From: Candidatus Micrarchaeota archaeon
GTDB lineage: Archaea > Micrarchaeota > Micrarchaeia > Micrarchaeales > Micrarchaeaceae
Direction of reading: 5' to 3'
NCBI GenBank assembly: GCA_030040895.1
Contig: JASHSJ010000013.1
Span: forward strand, 57,414-121,413
Length of the DNA: 64,000 nt
The position numbers were made by a program, and so were the translations under genes. This document shows positions 61,715-64,000 of this stretch, in pieces; position 1 is the stretch's first letter; the number at the start of each line of letters is the position of its first letter. Under the pieces are notes generated by a model, which was not told the origin of the DNA, did no database searches, and saw only the letters and a program-made list of their open reading frames with translations.

Positions 61715-62416
61715 ATGCCAGAAGAAATAACCTTTGAGGATCTGATATCACTAACGAAGATAAACGCGGATACTACGTCAGAGAAGTTCAGCGGCCTGAT
61801 AAACTCTGGATTCTGGGACGGAGCCAACATACTTGGAACACTCAGCACAAAGAAACTTATACAGTTTCCTTCTGGAAGCCTAGGTCAGCAGCCAGTGGCC
61901 CTAACAGAATCTGGAAAACAACTGATCAGCGAGGCAGATTCAAAATCTGGCGCAGATCTTGACAATCTTGACCTTACAACGCTTATACGCGTAAAGAATG
62001 GCGCAACCAAAGCAGGAGATATTGCAAAGGCGCTAAATCTAAGGTCACGCGACATGGCAATGCACCTATACAAGCTCATGAAGCAAGGCTACATAATATA
62101 CGATTTCAGAAGCGGCGCACTTTCAATAATGCTGACAGAGCAGGGATTCTCTTTGGCAACCGCCGGAGTTCTTCCAAGCAAGAATGCTCCTGAGGGAGAA
62201 GCCATGGCAGCTCAGCCAGCTCCGCAACAAATGCCACAGCAGCAAGCAGCGCAAGCACCAAAGACGCCACAGACCCAGACGCCTGCGCCGCAGGCCAAGC
62301 CAAATGATCAAACAGAGAAGCCAAAAGGAATGAGCAATATGGCGCTGATAGCCATAATAGTAGTCATCATCATAGTACTGCTCGTATACTATGCATTTAC
62401 AACAGGCAAGATATAA
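61715..62416 (+). CDS. membrane-tethered winged-helix-like protein with P/Q-rich linker
   Basis: 233 aa. A wH-like segment (AGDIAKALNLRSRDMAMHLYKLMKQGYIIYD), then a ~50-aa P/Q/A low-complexity linker, then a C-terminal TM helix (ALIAIIVVIIIVLLVYYAF). Confidence 0.6.
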   Translation: MPEEITFEDLISLTKINADTTSEKFSGLINSGFWDGANILGTLSTKKLIQFPSGSLGQQPVALTESGKQLISEADSKSGADLDNLDLTTLIRVKNGATKAGDIAKALNLRSRDMAMHLYKLMKQGYIIYDFRSGALSIMLTEQGFSLATAGVLPSKNAPEGEAMAAQPAPQQMPQQQAAQAPKTPQTQTPAPQAKPNDQTEKPKGMSNMALIAIIVVIIIVLLVYYAFTTGKI

Positions 62417-62433
62417 GCATCACTGGCTTTTTC

Positions 62434-63054
62434 ATGGCAAAACTCATGGAATACCTGAGCGCTGAAAAGTTGCTATCAAAGTACGGCATAAAGGGCACAA
62501 GCAGTTCCTATGTGGATTCCCCTGAAGCCGCAGTAAAGTTTGCAGCCAACAGTCCAATAGTTCTCAAAGGGATAACCGACAAGGCGATACACAAGACAAA
62601 GAGCGGATTGATAGAAACAAATCTCACCAGCCCAGATGAGATAGGGAAAGGGTTCGCGAGAATATCTAAGGCAGCATCAAGGTTCAAGCCGTACAGAATA
62701 CTGGCCCAGCATATGGTCAAAGGAGGCACAGAGATAATCATAGGAGGCAATGTTGACCAGCAGTTCGGCAAGATGATACTGCTCGGTCTTGGGGGGATAT
62801 ACGTTGAGACCTTCAAGGACGTTGCACTCCGACCCTGTCCAATTGAAAAGAAGGACGCCGGGTCAATGATCGACCAGCTCAAATCCGGGCACATAATGGC
62901 GCCAGATCAAAAATCAAGGGACATGCTGACAGAGCTGCTGATCAAGGTCTCAAAGATGTTTAACGATAACGAAATCTCAGAACTAGATTTGAACCCCATA
63001 ATACTGCATGATGGAACCTACGATGCGGTTGACATAAGAATATTGAAGCAGTGA
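62434..63054 (+). CDS. acdB: acetyl-CoA synthetase (ADP-forming), beta subunit / ATP-grasp domain
   Basis: 206 aa: EKLLSKYGI...PIVLKG...HKTKSGLIETNL...IIIGGNVDQQFGKMILLGLGGIYVE. It is followed 4 nt later by the alpha subunit. Confidence 0.8.
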   Translation: MAKLMEYLSAEKLLSKYGIKGTSSSYVDSPEAAVKFAANSPIVLKGITDKAIHKTKSGLIETNLTSPDEIGKGFARISKAASRFKPYRILAQHMVKGGTEIIIGGNVDQQFGKMILLGLGGIYVETFKDVALRPCPIEKKDAGSMIDQLKSGHIMAPDQKSRDMLTELLIKVSKMFNDNEISELDLNPIILHDGTYDAVDIRILKQ

Positions 63055-63058
63055 TTAC

Positions 63059-64000
63059 ATGGAAAAAGCAAAGCACGAGTATCTTGATCTTTCACCCGCG
63101 TTCAACCCTAACAGCGTAGCAATAATAGGCGCATCTGAAAAGCCGGGCAAGGTAGGCCACGTGATAATGCAGAACTACGTTGACATCGGGTTCTCTGGCA
63201 AGATCTATCCCGTTAACATAAACGCAGAAGGGAAGATAATGGGATATCAGTCTTACAAGAGGGTATCAGGAATAAAGAAGCCAATAGACCTGGCCGTTAT
63301 TGCTATCCCGGCTGATGGAGTCCCCGCCACGCTTGAGGAATGCGGCAAGTGCGGAGTGAAGAGCGCCGTGATCGTGAGTGGCGGATTTGCTGAAATAGGA
63401 AGAACCGATCTGCAGGACAAGCTTGTAAAAACGGCTCAGAAGTACAAGATGCCCGTTGTAGGCCCGAATTGCTTGGGAATTATGGACCCACTTTCAAGGA
63501 CAGACACATTATTCTTGCCCACGTTCAAGATAGATAAACCAAAGATAGGCGGGGTCAGTTTCGTATCACAGAGCGGCTCAGTCGGAAGCTCTACTCTTGA
63601 CCTGATAAGTGGGGAAGGATTTGGCCTTGCAAGGTTCATATCCTATGGCAATGCTGCGGTTGTTGATGAAGTTGACATACTACACTTCCTAGCTCACGAC
63701 GAACGCACAAAGGTTGTGCTCTTCTATTTGGAGGGAGTCAAGAGGGGCAAGGAGTTCATAGAAGTGGCAAAAGAGATATCAAGAATAAAGCCAGTTGTAA
63801 TACTGAAAGGCGGGACTACGTCAGGAGGTGTTAGTGCTGCCCATTCTCATACAGCATCGCTTGCAGGAAGCGCAGCGGCATACGAAGCAGTTTTCAGGCA
63901 GACTGGTATAGTTATTGCAAATGAGCTGGAAGACCTTCTGTACTACGGAAAGATATTTGCAACACAGCCGTTAGTAACCGGCAACAGGATCGCTGTCATA
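63059..64000 (+). CDS. acdA: acetyl-CoA synthetase (ADP-forming), alpha subunit (CoA-binding/ligase domains), 3'-truncated by the window end
   Basis: Absent from the ORF track because it has no stop in the window. Translated by eye from ATG 63059: MEKAKHEYLDLSPAFNPNSVAIIGASEKPGKVGHVIMQNY...VVGPNCLGIMDP...SQSGSVG.... It stays in frame to nt 64000. Confidence 0.85.
   Translation, partial: MEKAKHEYLDLSPAFNPNSVAIIGASEKPGKVGHVIMQNYVDIGFSGKIYPVNINAEGKIMGYQSYKRVSGIKKPIDLAVIAIPADGVPATLEECGKCGVKSAVIVSGGFAEIGRTDLQDKLVKTAQKYKMPVVGPNCLGIMDPLSRTDTLFLPTFKIDKPKIGGVSFVSQSGSVGSSTLDLISGEGFGLARFISYGNAAVVDEVDILHFLAHDERTKVVLFYLEGVKRGKEFIEVAKEISRIKPVVILKGGTTSGGVSAAHSHTASLAGSAAAYEAVFRQTGIVIANELEDLLYYGKIFATQPLVTGNRIAVI

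Noticed and set aside
1-64000. CRISPR arrays, rRNA genes, transposases/integrases, prophage or plasmid modules.
   Set aside because: I found no periodic direct repeats with unique spacers, no rRNA-like stretches, and no DDE, tyrosine- or serine-recombinase motifs in any ORF of 60 aa or more. The only repeat structures are the palindrome at 61597 and the imperfect direct repeat around tRNA-Leu, both reported separately.

Overview
Dense archaeal chromosomal segment, roughly 90% coding and mid-40s %GC by eye. It is dominated by information-processing and core genes. These include radA; r-protein/RNAP operon fragments (rpoD, tRNA-Leu, ORF125, L18e, L13, S9, rpoN, tRNA-Pro, S2; also L30e-S12-S7-EF-2, L7Ae-S28e-L24e and L44e-aIF2alpha); TFE; a GINS subunit; RNase HII; class II ribonucleotide reductase; MetAP; PolB; a six-gene SUF Fe-S operon; SMC; signal peptidase; FtsZ; and deoxyhypusine synthase. 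Archaeal lipid genes are present: UbiA-type DGGGP synthase, GGPP synthase, geranylgeranyl reductase and a CDP-alcohol transferase. Also present are two PAC2 proteasome chaperones, a beta-CASP RNase, cysDN, a GT4 glycosyltransferase, a sulfatase-like enzyme and ADP-forming acetyl-CoA synthetase. I read eight tRNA genes by hand. Four carry introns, and three of those are at non-canonical positions (T-loop 59/60 twice, D-loop once) with bulge-helix-bulge geometry. Together with broken-up conserved operons, this fits a small-genome (DPANN/Micrarchaeota-like) or similarly intron-rich archaeon, but that placement is inference only. I saw no rRNA, CRISPR array, transposase or integrase. rpoK (59 aa) is absent from the ORF track and was found by eye. 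The best candidates for something new are: (1) a HerA-class ATPase fused to a winged helix and a PD-(D/E)xK-like nuclease module beside AIM24; (2) an RHH, ORF96, cysD, cysN operon behind a perfect 32-bp palindrome; (3) an uncharacterised ORF translationally coupled into the rpoD-L18e ribosomal operon; (4) a small, very basic tandem-repeat protein next to an ankyrin-repeat gene; (5) a K-turn-like element directly upstream of the L7Ae start; (6) a recurrent gene-junction architecture with a stop, a 4- or 7-nt spacer and a start, often with the stop embedded in GTGA(T). All functional assignments come from motif reading by eye. No database search was run.
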